Source: Intoshia linei (taxonomy: Eukaryota > Animalia > Orthonectida). Taken from it: a stretch of DNA of 64,000 nucleotides. Of the stretch, positions 53,224-64,000 are shown piece after piece; positions within the stretch are counted from its first letter, which is position 1, and the number at the start of each line of letters is the position of its first letter. The notes below the pieces were generated by a model. That model was not told the DNA's origin. It saw only the letters and a list, made by a program, of their open reading frames with translations, and searched no databases. Location: NCBI GenBank assembly GCA_001642005.1, contig LWCA01000028.1, positions 1-64,000 on the forward strand, given 5' to 3'. The position numbers and the translations under genes were made by a program.

Positions 53224-56200
53224 TTAATTTTGATGATTCCCCATATTAGCATTAAAAGGACCTGGAGGATAATTCAAACTCTTCACATCATTAATATCCA
53301 TTTGGGCTGGGTTGAAATTGACAGGGTTGTAATTTGCATTATTTGAGTAAATGTTGCGGTTTAATGGCACGTAATTGTTAATAGGAATAAAATTTCGAGG
53401 ATACTGGTTTTGGCCACCCAGATAGGGTTGCTGCATTCTGTAATATTTCATATCGTTGGGGTAGTAATTTTGTGGAACCTGGATTGGTTTGTTCATAAGA
53501 TTATTTTGTGTATTTGGGTTAAAATTATAAGGATATGCAGGACGAGGTTGGTTCACCACAGATTGTCCGTAATTAAAAATTTCTGGTTGTCTGTAAAAAT
53601 CAAAAGACTGGCTGTATTGGCTCATGACAATATGCTGGTTTTGAGCTCGTTCATTTTCTGCGTACAAGTTATTATTATAAATTTTTTCTCTGTATATGTT
53701 CTCATTTTGTGGTTTTTCCATTTCGTTCATAAAAAGTGGATTTTGTCCATGATACATATTGTCATTTTGCAAATTTACTGGTAAAAATTTATCTGCTTTG
53801 GTATCAGGGCTACTTACTATGCTAGTATCAGTATGCATGTTTTCATCTCCAGCTCGGACATGGCTTTTATGCTTTCGTGATGAAATTATATTAGCTACCC
53901 TTGCTTTATCATGCGTTTCTTCGTTTTTGACATGTTTTGGAGCACGGTCATATGATTTTAAACTGTGGTTATTTTTACACAAACAACTCTTTTTACATTT
54001 ACTTTTATGGCGACGTTCACCCTTATGTTTAGAATGTTTGTCGCTACCTTCACATGTACTCGACTGACTAAATTCTGGCGTATGTTTTCCATGAGCATTC
54101 TTATCATGTTTTGACTTTTTACTTTTTTCACTTGGGACATTTCCTGATTGAGCATCTAAAAAATAATTTCAATAAAACAATTTGATTTTGAATTATATCA
54201 TACAAATTTTTAAAATGTATATATGAAAAAATTATGGTCAAATTCTATTAGTGCGACCATCAAATGTTAATTACCCAGTCAATTAAAAAATTATCTGTGG
54301 GTCTAATGTTTTCAATTGGTAGAGGTACCGAGTTAATTATACATTTTTAATTTTGTTGTCTAGCTTAACCTAGATGCAACGGAATATAAGTACAAATAAT
54401 TCAAAAATAAACGACCTTAAAAAAGTAAAATTAACAAACTATTTTATTTTAATGTACACTATCTGTAAATAAAAATAAACAAAACTTTTGATAACATAAT
54501 AATCCAGTTTTACATTTGCCATAATTAAAAAATTTTTTTAATTTGTTATTTTCCAAACTGTGGGTTTCAACTCTTTTATGTCTTACCTGTAACAATTAAC
54601 TAATTAATTAATTTCCACAACATGGAATACACTTAAGTGATAATGTTTCATAAAAGTAGTATAATTTGTACATCCAAGGACAGTTTAAACCAAGACGAAA
54701 TACGAGGCGTTCTAGTAAAAAAGATTGTGGGATTTTTTTGTCAAGTCTTTCAATTGCCTAATAATAATTAAATAAAGCAAAAAAAATCCCGCTCACAATC
54801 TTTTTTACTAGAACGTCTCGTAATCCGTCCTGGTTTAAGCTGTCCTTGGTACATGTTAGGGATAATTATCCCTATAATATACAGTACATTGTATTTGCAT
54901 GATAAAAATATATACAAATTAATAAACGTTTATCAAACTAATTAATTCACAACAAAATATCCTTTTATGTCAAACACATAATTTTTAATTTACAAATTGT
55001 AACATTAAACTTAAAAATACAATATATCTGACAACTTATTATTGATAACTCAATAAAAATAATTGCATTTCTCTGATAATGTATTTTTGTCGTTATTGCG
55101 AAAAATACAACCCAAATTAATAAATAAATAATAATCATTAAACTACATTATATATAGATGAATACATTTTTGTAAAAAATTTACAATATATGTAATAAAA
55201 ATTGGCTAGTCTTCGTCTCAAATTGTAATTTTGGGCAAGATTTTGAAATTGAAATTTATGATAATTTTAAAATCTATATTAGAGTGTATACATTTTTAAA
55301 TTCTAGGACTCGGTTGATTTAAAAAAAGGATATATGTGGTTTTTGACCTCAAGGACTCAATTTCTGATAAAATCTCAAACTCGAAAAACTACATTAGAAA
55401 TTTGAAAAACTACGCCTCTACCTTTCTTAACCCTTTCCCTTTCAATTTTATGTACTATCACTACACGTCTGAAATTAATAAGGCCGTCATTTACGGAAAA
55501 ATGAAATTTTACCAACTACGAAAGCTTTAAAAGATTGAGTAGTTCCATATTAACCCGTGTCACCCTCATCTACATGCATACTATGATAAACAATTACTAG
55601 GTGGTAGTTTAGGATTCCATTCTGTTACCCCTTTTTGTTTCATCATTAACGGGACAATTTTTTCAAAAAAGTATCGCCTGTAACTATTTGATATATTTTG
55701 CAATTCATAATTATGAATAGACTTCAATCTCATCATGGCTTGAACATGTCTAAAATAAATTAAAATAAAATAAAAAAAAAGTAACTTCATAACAGTTTGC
55801 TGGTAATCTTGATTATTGTAAAGGGCAGCCAGAAAATGTTGTTCCAAGTTTCCATCCTCCAAATTAAAATCAGTAGTAAAGTTAAAATTATGACTTTTAT
55901 AAAGACTATCGACATCAGTTTCAATAATATTAGAAGTGGAACTAAAATTATACGAATTTGCATCATTTGTATGAATAGGATTATTCCAGGATTTATCGGA
56001 AAACATGAATGGATTTAAACCGTACGAATTTTTATTGGTAAATCGATTTGAACGTTGATTCAAAGATTTTTGATCAATATTCTTAAAAAAAATTGAAGAT
56101 TCAGTGGATTCTGTTCCAATGTTTGTTGCGATTTTATTAATTTGAAAAATATTGTTACAAATGGAAACAAAGAGACTTCCGTAAAGAGGATCCGTAATCA

Positions 56201-59200
56201 TGGAGTCGCTAAGAATTTTTAAATTTAATTCAGTGTCTTTACTGTTTTCATCTTCTGGGATAGTTTTAGATATATGAAACTCATCATTAGTTGAATTTCG
56301 TATGAAATATGCAAACACTCCGATAAAAATTTTTTGTTCGTCCTTTTCAATATCGTACATAGATAAATTCAAAACATTAATACATTCTACAAGTTCCACT
56401 TCCAAATAATCCAATGATTGTGGCAGAATATTCAAATTTTTAGTTGATTTGGAAAATTCAAAAAGGGCCTTATAAATTGGTTTCACCAACTTTTGTTTCA
56501 AACAATAATTCACAGAATCTGAAAGTAATTCATTTCCAGCATAAGAAGTTTCCATGTCCTCATTATCATCTATATAAATCTTTTGAGATTCTGAACAAGT
56601 TTCATAATTCTTTTCCTCTTCCACTTCTACAGTGTCATTATTCTCACTTTCGATAATTTGTAATGTATCCTCCTGGTCTTCATTGTTTGACTGGACTTCG
56701 GTTTGGTCGTCGATAGATGTTACTTCAATGTCATTGTCTGTTTGAACTTCTTCCTGGTTGTCGTTAGATTGAACATCTTCATTTACAGAAACATCAATTT
56801 CATTGAAATCGTTTGTATCAATTTGATTAGAACTGTAATCACAAACATTGCTATGTTGCGTTTCGTCATTTTCATCTCGACTTTGACACTTTTCACAAGG
56901 ACATTCTTTTTCTTTGATGTCGTCATCCGTTGCCGACACTGCCACAGAATCTGTCTTACTGTTATCGATATTGCTAGAATCGATCATATGAGTATACTCA
57001 GAAGAACACTTTGGTTGTTTATTCTTGACGACTAAATCCATGGCTAAATCGCTTTCATTCTGATTAATTAAATCGCAATTATTAACAGGATCATCACAAG
57101 GTACTGCACTCATAATTGAAACATTTGAATGAACTGAATAAGAATCAAATTCATCTTGGATAGACGTTTTTGAATATTCAAGGCAGTAAATGTTATTTTT
57201 GGATATAGAATCAGATGGTTGGGCTTGATTGGATACAATCCAATTCGACTCACCTTCCACTTGCGTTGAAACTAGTCTTTTATTCTAAAAAAAATTATCA
57301 ATATATAAACACTAGGGCGTTACATTTTGTCCACAAGAAAATACATGGTCGCATAATAATTTACATTTTTCTTTAATTGTATAGTCAATACACTCTAATA
57401 TTTGCAAAAATGGACTCCCACACGACATTTAATATTAATTAAAAACTAACTTAAATTAGATTAGAATAGTTAAAAGGCAAATTTATTATCACTCAATATC
57501 AAGACCCTTAGGCGGTTTTCCTAGTTTTAAAAATTATTGCAATAAAATACTAAAACTTCACAACAAAATTAAAGCCAATTACACAATTAAATTTAGTACC
57601 GGATACTTGAAAAATACATAATTAATTAAAGTGTCACAATTTTTAAATGTTAATTTTAGGCTCTAAATAACATTTAGTAACAATTATAATTGTTATATAA
57701 GATCAAAATGTCACGTAATATTCTATACTAATGGTGGCCAAACACGGCCCGCGTAATCATGCTTTCATACTTATGTTTACATTCAAATTTTGAAATTTAT
57801 TGTTTACATTGTAAATTTTACATGTCACATTCTATTTAGATAATTAACCGTCTATTTTTGCGCATAAGATAAAATTTTCTTATCTTTATCTCCTTAATAA
57901 AACAATTGTATATTTTTAATTAGATTAACTAAATGCAATGATATAAAAATTAAATTGTTTGGTTGGTTTTATCAATAGTTGAACAAAAAAATTATTTTTA
58001 TTATTTATCAATAATAGACTAATTTTTTTTTATATTTGATCAAATTTTCTTTTATTGTTTGCAAAAAAATAATTATAAATACGTACAATTTTGAAACTTA
58101 ATAATTAAAATATACTCCAAAAATAATAATTGTTAATTATTCAAATGGAATTTTGACTCTTTAATATTTAAATAAAGCAATCAAATTTACAAGCCAAAAT
58201 AGAATTTTAATCAATTTAAATTGTTTCATGTGTATTCACGATATTTTATCGAATAAAATGAGTTTTTTGAACTCAAATTCAAGTGAATATCAAGACTCTT
58301 GCTATAAAAATTTAACACAAAACAATTGATATTCAAAAAAATAAATTTTTCAAAGTCAAATTGGAAAAACTAGGCCTTCGTTTTACAAAAATTTTTCAAA
58401 GAGTAATACTAAAAAAAGTTTAGCTACCACTGCAATATGCATGGGCGAAGGTGAATTTAAACATTTACCTCCAATTCTTTTGAAAGTCGTTTGATTTCGT
58501 ATATAATCATGACAAGTTCATTGAGAGGAAGTAAACGAAGATTTAATTTGATATCAAAAATACTCTAAAAATAAAAATTAAAAAATATGATTTAAAATAC
58601 AAATTATAATTACAAAATTTTCGTCATTACGAATGTCTGTATCTTTGTTATACCTCGATAAAATGGATAACCAATAATTATCATCGCTAAAAATAAATAC
58701 ATACATTACAATTTAAAATACCGTTTTGATTGATTCGTAAGTATTTCTTCTAATAAAAATAAAAATTATCGAATAAACTTGATAAAAACCTAGGCTGGAT
58801 ATTAACCGATCTAGTGATAGACTACTATACATTTCACCCGTATCTAAAGCAGAAAACTGATTGACATTTTCTCCTTCAAAAATTTTTTGATCGGTATCAT
58901 ATGAAGTAATCAAAATTCCACCTTCAAATATATCCGAAATAGTCAATGTTTCATCTGGAACGTCTTCACTAAAAATAAAAAAGTGTTATTTACACTAAAA
59001 AATATTACAAATCCAGTGGTTCCTGAATAGCGATAGGAGCTAAAATGAATTAAAATACAAAATCTTAATAATCATTTTAGTTCATGTAATGTGACGCCAC
59101 TTTATGTTTAAAATTGTGATTCTCAAACTAAAATGGTTACTGCAGTGCACTGGTACGAGAAAGATTAAATGAATATCATAGTTTATTTGCAACAGGAGTT

Positions 59201-60122
59201 TTAAAATCTTTCATACACCCATATATTTTATATAAATAAATTTACTTTGTTCCGAATCATAAATTATAACAGCGTTTCTCACCTTTTTTACTCTTGTGGA
59301 CCATGGAAATTTGTAGTTAGATTAAATTTTAACATAAGTTTCAATGGTGAACATTTCTTATTTATTCGAAAGAAATGTGTTATTTTTAATATAATATAAA
59401 TAATATTCTACTGATTCTTCGTAGTTGAGAAACGCTGCTCTATTTTTTGACATTTTTTGGAAAATATCAACCCAGTTATGGTTGAATAACAAGGTTTAAA
59501 AAAATATAGTATTCTACATTATTTATCTCGCATAAGTATATCAAATTCCAAAGTGGGAGTGTATTAGTAAAGTATAGATAAAATACTGCATTTCCATATG
59601 TAAAACTCTTAAAGTGTTTGTATTGTGCCGCAAACCAAAAAGTTTGAGAATCACTAGTTTGATTAAAAAAATACTCTGATAATCCAATAAAATTCTTGAT
59701 GTATCTATAGCGTATTTTATGTAGTCGTTCAATTTAGCTCTAGCAGCTTTGGTTAAACGCGGTAATATAAAGTATGAAGAAATTGCATCTCTAATTGAAA
59801 ATTCGGATCGCTCGTTTACTAAAAATTGTTAAATTAATATTAATAACTTGAAAACGTTTTTCAGGGTTTGCAGGTTTTGATTGTAGATGAAAAATAATTT
59901 TTGAACGCGGGTAAGCTATAAATTGATCCAATGCAACCTCCAGTTTAATTTCAGGTTTTTGTACAAAAAAAGGTAATTTTAATAATTCATCCATTGATAT
60001 TCTAACCAAATTATGACCATAAACTTAAAATAATACCTATCAGGAAGTTCTTCTATACATCTGAAAACTAATGCTTTTATTTCTAAATCCCTGATCATAT
60101 AAATTTCTTTCGGTTTTATTCC
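53224..60122 (-). CDS. WNK-like kinase, 3' portion; kinase core not identified in the window
   Basis: GIKPKEIYMIRDLEIKALVFRCIEELPDRISMDELLKLPFF resembles the end of the WNK kinase domain. It is followed by a long acidic disordered region, a coiled-coil-like segment and an N/Q/Y-rich last exon (53224-54155) joined in phase. Confidence 0.5.
54674..54849. mobile_element. Small foldback/MITE with ~70-bp TIRs
   Basis: CCAAGGACAGTTTAAACCAAGACG... pairs with ...CGTCCTGGTTTAAGCTGTCCTTGG. TACAT direct repeats flank it. Confidence 0.8.
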
Positions 60123-60238
60123 CTAAATAATAAATAATTGTTTTGTAAATAAACATCATTGTATATATACAATGGGGCCAGGTGATCCGCACTTTTTTTA
60201 ATATCAAAATGGCATATACATTATCATATACTATATAC

Positions 60239-60634
60239 CAGTGATTCTTAACCTGGGAAATAGCGCCCCCCTTGGAGCGATATGGGTGGCAAAAATATTT
60301 TTATCGCATCAGTTGGGATTCCAATATAACATCAGATTATAACCGTTCAATGAGCCTAGCTGGCACAGTCGTTATAGTCACATGATTATTTTGTAGAAAG
60401 GGTTTGTATTCATTTTTGGAATGTTACTATTATCTATTGGAATCTTAATGTTACTATTGGCCTTTCCATCTACTTACCTTGTTGAGAAAAGTTTTAGCGT
60501 AGTAACTGATCTTCAATCAAAAAAGCGGAACAAACTACATTTATCAAAACAGTGACTTAAAATTATGCTTAACAAATATAGCTCCTGATATTGAAAAATT
60601 ATCAAATAATCATCAATATCAGGGTAGCCATTAA
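60239..60634 (+). mobile_element. Buster-type hAT relic
   Basis: CAGTGATTCTTAACCT terminus and a frameshifted transposase C-terminus LLAFPSTYLVEKSFSVV..KKRNKL..HQYQGSH*. Confidence 0.7.
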
Positions 60635-61485
60635 TAATAAATTTTATCTTTTCTTTGTAAAGCTTAAACATTTATAATGTCATGATTCCATTTAATATTT
60701 CTAATTTCAAATTTGTTAAATTTATTCATTATAATATATTTTTCTTTTTTTTACATACTCAGTTTTTATGGTATTTTTTGTATACATTATTTTCATGATC
60801 CATCAAATTAAAAAAATAATTTCCAATTTCATTTGCATATTTCTTGAGATACCAAAAAAACAATCATTAATTGCTTTTTTTATTGTATTCTGTATCAAAT
60901 CTACTGTTAAAAAAATTTCTGTATAACATGCATTGCACATTCATAACCTTTGTAAATTAAAAAATATCGATTGTCTTTATGAGGCGATAATTTTATTTTT
61001 GTTGAAAAATGGCCGAATACGATTGCGATTTAATGATTACGATAAAATGATGGCTGAGATGCGGCAATGGCCGCCAAGAAATTTGAGATTGAACCGTCAT
61101 ACATTCTTAACTGTAAACAAAAGAGAAACAAAAAATTTCATTGAATATTTGACCTAAGTAAAAAACCTGTATGACAAAATAGCGCAACAAATTTGTAGAA
61201 ATTTTGAATTTTTAAAAAAACAAGTTGTTAATTAAATTCATCATTACGGATATTAAATAAATGTACTCGTCCTAAAAGCTATGACATGTTTGCCTAACCC
61301 GAATTATAATGAGGACACTTTCAATTTAGATATAATAATGATCAAGGATGATACCAGCATTGCTGTTTTATTACCAGCAAAATTAATCAATTTTTTGAAT
61401 ACGATTAAATTTTGATGTATAATCACAATTTGAATTAATTTAGAATAAAATCTCTTATTATCATTTCATATTATCGTTCAACAGC

Positions 61486-62085
61486 ATGAATTCATTAAAA
61501 CACTTTAAAAAAGACGGAGTTAATTACATGCAATGTTTAGTATGCTCAAAAAGAATCAAATACATAAATTCTCATTCACACATGGCGTCATTGAGGAACC
61601 ATTTAAAAATACATGGTGACTTGGACAATGTTTCTGTCACGCCAAAAATAACGAGTATTTTAGCAATTAAGAAAGATGAAAAATTTCCAAATTTGCCACA
61701 TATTCCATATCATTTTGTTAAGAATATACAAGATAATTATTCTTCACTATATAGTAATTACTCTGGAATGATTGATATTCAATATGTTGATACTATAAGT
61801 GGAAAGTGGAGAGATGACTACAATAAGTTGTATCAATTGGTTAATGGTCATAAAACCCTTAGAACTTATCATTGCAATCCGAAAATTAACTTTAGAAAAC
61901 CATGTAGCATCTCAAATGCTAGATGGAACTCTAGAAGTATATACTGCCTCAAAGCTTTTATATTAAACGTGGATAGAACGCCAAATATGATCGAAGCGTG
62001 TAATTTCATATCTTACGTGTGGAGCAATTGCTGGTTTACGTGTCGTTTCCAAAAAGACACCTACAAACCTTTGGTAATTATTTAA
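61486..62085 (+). pseudogene. Internally deleted hAT-like transposase with BED zinc finger
   Basis: CLVC..I.Y....SLRNHLKIH (zf-BED) and FRKP.SISNARWNSRSIYCLKAF, an ARW motif typical of hATm-like transposases. Candidate right TIR AAAAATCGCCCTA ends at 62922. Confidence 0.6.
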
Positions 62086-63239
62086 ACACAATAGTTTTTC
62101 GCCAAACTGAACGTCTCCGTAATCAATGTTATCTTAAATATGGTCAAACTAAGATAAGCCCTCGGTATATTCTACTCATACATAGTTATAAATATTTATA
62201 TACAAATCGTATAGTAAAATTCAGTATCCTTTTGAGCACCCTCGTAGAGTTTTCAAATAAAATATCATAAATTTATCTTTATCATTATGGACGAAACTGA
62301 TTTAAATAGATATAAGTACATTAATACTATGATCAGAACATTAGAAACACCTCAGACTGTAATATGATTGTAAAAATATTACAAGTAATATGAACGGACA
62401 AATGGTCATTCATACTCTTCATGATACACATAAAAATAATTAAACAAAACAATACAAAGAAACTTTTTAAAAGATAATTTTAAAAAATATTTGATTTTGT
62501 ACTACAACAAATAATACACATTTTATACATCTTTATTAATACTTAAATTAGAGATCGGAAACCTTTTGCATCTAGTAAACCACTTTTCTATTTTTTACAG
62601 GTGTATTAGAAATAGTAGATATGACTAACGGGTACTAAATTTAAAAAAGGTTATGAAACCCTGAATTAGATATTTACGGACATAAGACAACGCTGCTTGT
62701 TCTACAACAACTATCTAATAATGGCAATAAAATTATGTTTTAAAATTTATAAAACGGTGCTACAACCGACAAGGCCACAGAAATATTATTATTATGGCGA
62801 ATAAGAGATTTCACTATTTCAGACAGAGACAGTATTTCATCACTGTTTAGAAAAAAATTTAACAAAAAAAACAACACTACGTGAATTTTTTTGTTTTTAT
62901 GGGTTAAAAAAAAATCGCCCTAATTATAACCTATCAAGATCTGATTAACCAATACGTAGACCAACATTTGACAACTACATTGGTTATCAAATCAGCTATT
63001 CCCGGACTCACAAAATCAATTCAACGTTAATACTTAAAGTTAAAATAAGAGATTTTGCCAATCTAAGGTATCTAGAAATTTTCAACACAAAATTAAAAAA
63101 AATTAAATTGGTATATTCTTCATACTCAAAATCACTTTCCTTACTCTTGACAAATAAGATGAAAGCAATGATTGAATTTTTCCAACGTTTCAATTATACC
63201 AATCTCTACAAATATCACTCCATTTGATATTATTATAGA

Positions 63240-63647
63240 ATGTTGACAGAATTTAGAGCCTACGCGTCATCCAAACAGCTGAAGATGGTGGCCGCTTGTG
63301 TAGACTTCTTGTTTATGGCGTCGCGAGATAAAACTTACACAGCTTTGAGACTGGCCGCAATAGCAACAAGGTATTATGAACATGCATCCTTATCATTGAT
63401 GAAGGAGTTCATGATTGAGGGACGCATGGATTCATGTTTATGGTTTCATTCAGTGGCATCCACAAATGTATCAGACGAGTTGTGGAAGATAATGGAAGAT
63501 CCAGGGCTTAGTGAAAGAGACTCTCTTATACCATATTCAAAATCTATGATTATAGTAGCAAGAAGTCCATACTCATCGTCGGCGAATTCTTATTCTTATG
63601 TTAGCATGGCAACGTCCATGATTTCTATAGGACAAAGATGTTTATAA
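63240..63647 (+). other. Endogenous viral element: rhabdovirus nucleoprotein (N) fragment
   Basis: Motifs collinear with vesiculovirus/lyssavirus N: AACVDFLF, YTALRLAAIATRY, VSDELWKIMEDPG, DSLIPY and RSPYSSSAN. The segment is intronless and visibly more GC-rich than its flanks. Confidence 0.8.
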
Positions 63648-63679
63648 AAATTTGTTAAACGACATTGAAATTTGTAAAA

Positions 63680-63859
63680 ACATTAATTCTAGTAATAAAT
63701 ATATATTTCATTTTCAGCAATTACTCGTGTTTATCACAAACTTTATGTCTCAATTTAGTTATTGTTTAGTTACGCAATTTTTTTATGTATTTTTTAAATT
63801 TTCGTCTCTAAGCAATATTAGTACGTTAAAAATAGTGTCGCACAGTGCGACTCGCACTA
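63680..63859 (+). mobile_element. Terminal segment of the hATw-like family
   Basis: Reverse complement of 13209-13370, ending ...TCGCACTA. Confidence 0.7.
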
Positions 63860-64000
63860 GTTAAAATCACATCTTAGATTTAGAAAAATTTATGGTTCCT
63901 TATTTGAAAAGACAGGCATAGAATTCAATTAAAGACCCTCGCAATATATCTACCGCTATCGGATAATATACGAACTTACTTTCGCCTTTTAATTACCGAT

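Noticed and set aside
54857-54874. I-SceI site or vector contamination
   Set aside because: Only the TAGGGATAA half matches. CAGGGTAAT and any vector context are absent.
63832-63861. Hairpin GTCGCAC-A-GTGCGAC plus CTAGT read as a Helitron 3' end that captured the viral gene
   Set aside because: The preceding 170 bp match the terminal region of the TIR/TSD-bearing hAT element at 13209-13370, so it is better explained as a hAT end.

Overview
This is eukaryotic (animal) nuclear DNA: very AT-rich and gene-dense, with many ~35-45 nt introns plus a few long introns filled with transposons. Motile-cilium (EFHC2) and neuropeptide-signalling genes in so compact a genome suggest a miniaturised invertebrate such as an orthonectid; this is inference only. 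Spliced genes from left to right: Kelch-repeat protein, DCAF4-like WD40, FKBP6-like PPIase-TPR, Tret1/GLUT8-like sugar transporter, calmodulin-like EF-hand, ATG13, DOT1L, EFHC2, CTR9, an NPY/RFamide-type GPCR, EMC3, a CLIC channel, a probable amidated neuropeptide precursor, and the 3' part of a WNK-like kinase. Mobile DNA includes non-autonomous Helitrons, hAT relics and MITEs (several with target-site duplications), a Tc1/DD37E-like relic and a small foldback element. The standout observation is an endogenous rhabdovirus nucleoprotein fragment at ~62.9-63.65 kb. It sits between two hAT termini, probably antisense within a host intron. All exon boundaries and homologies were read by eye and need computational confirmation.
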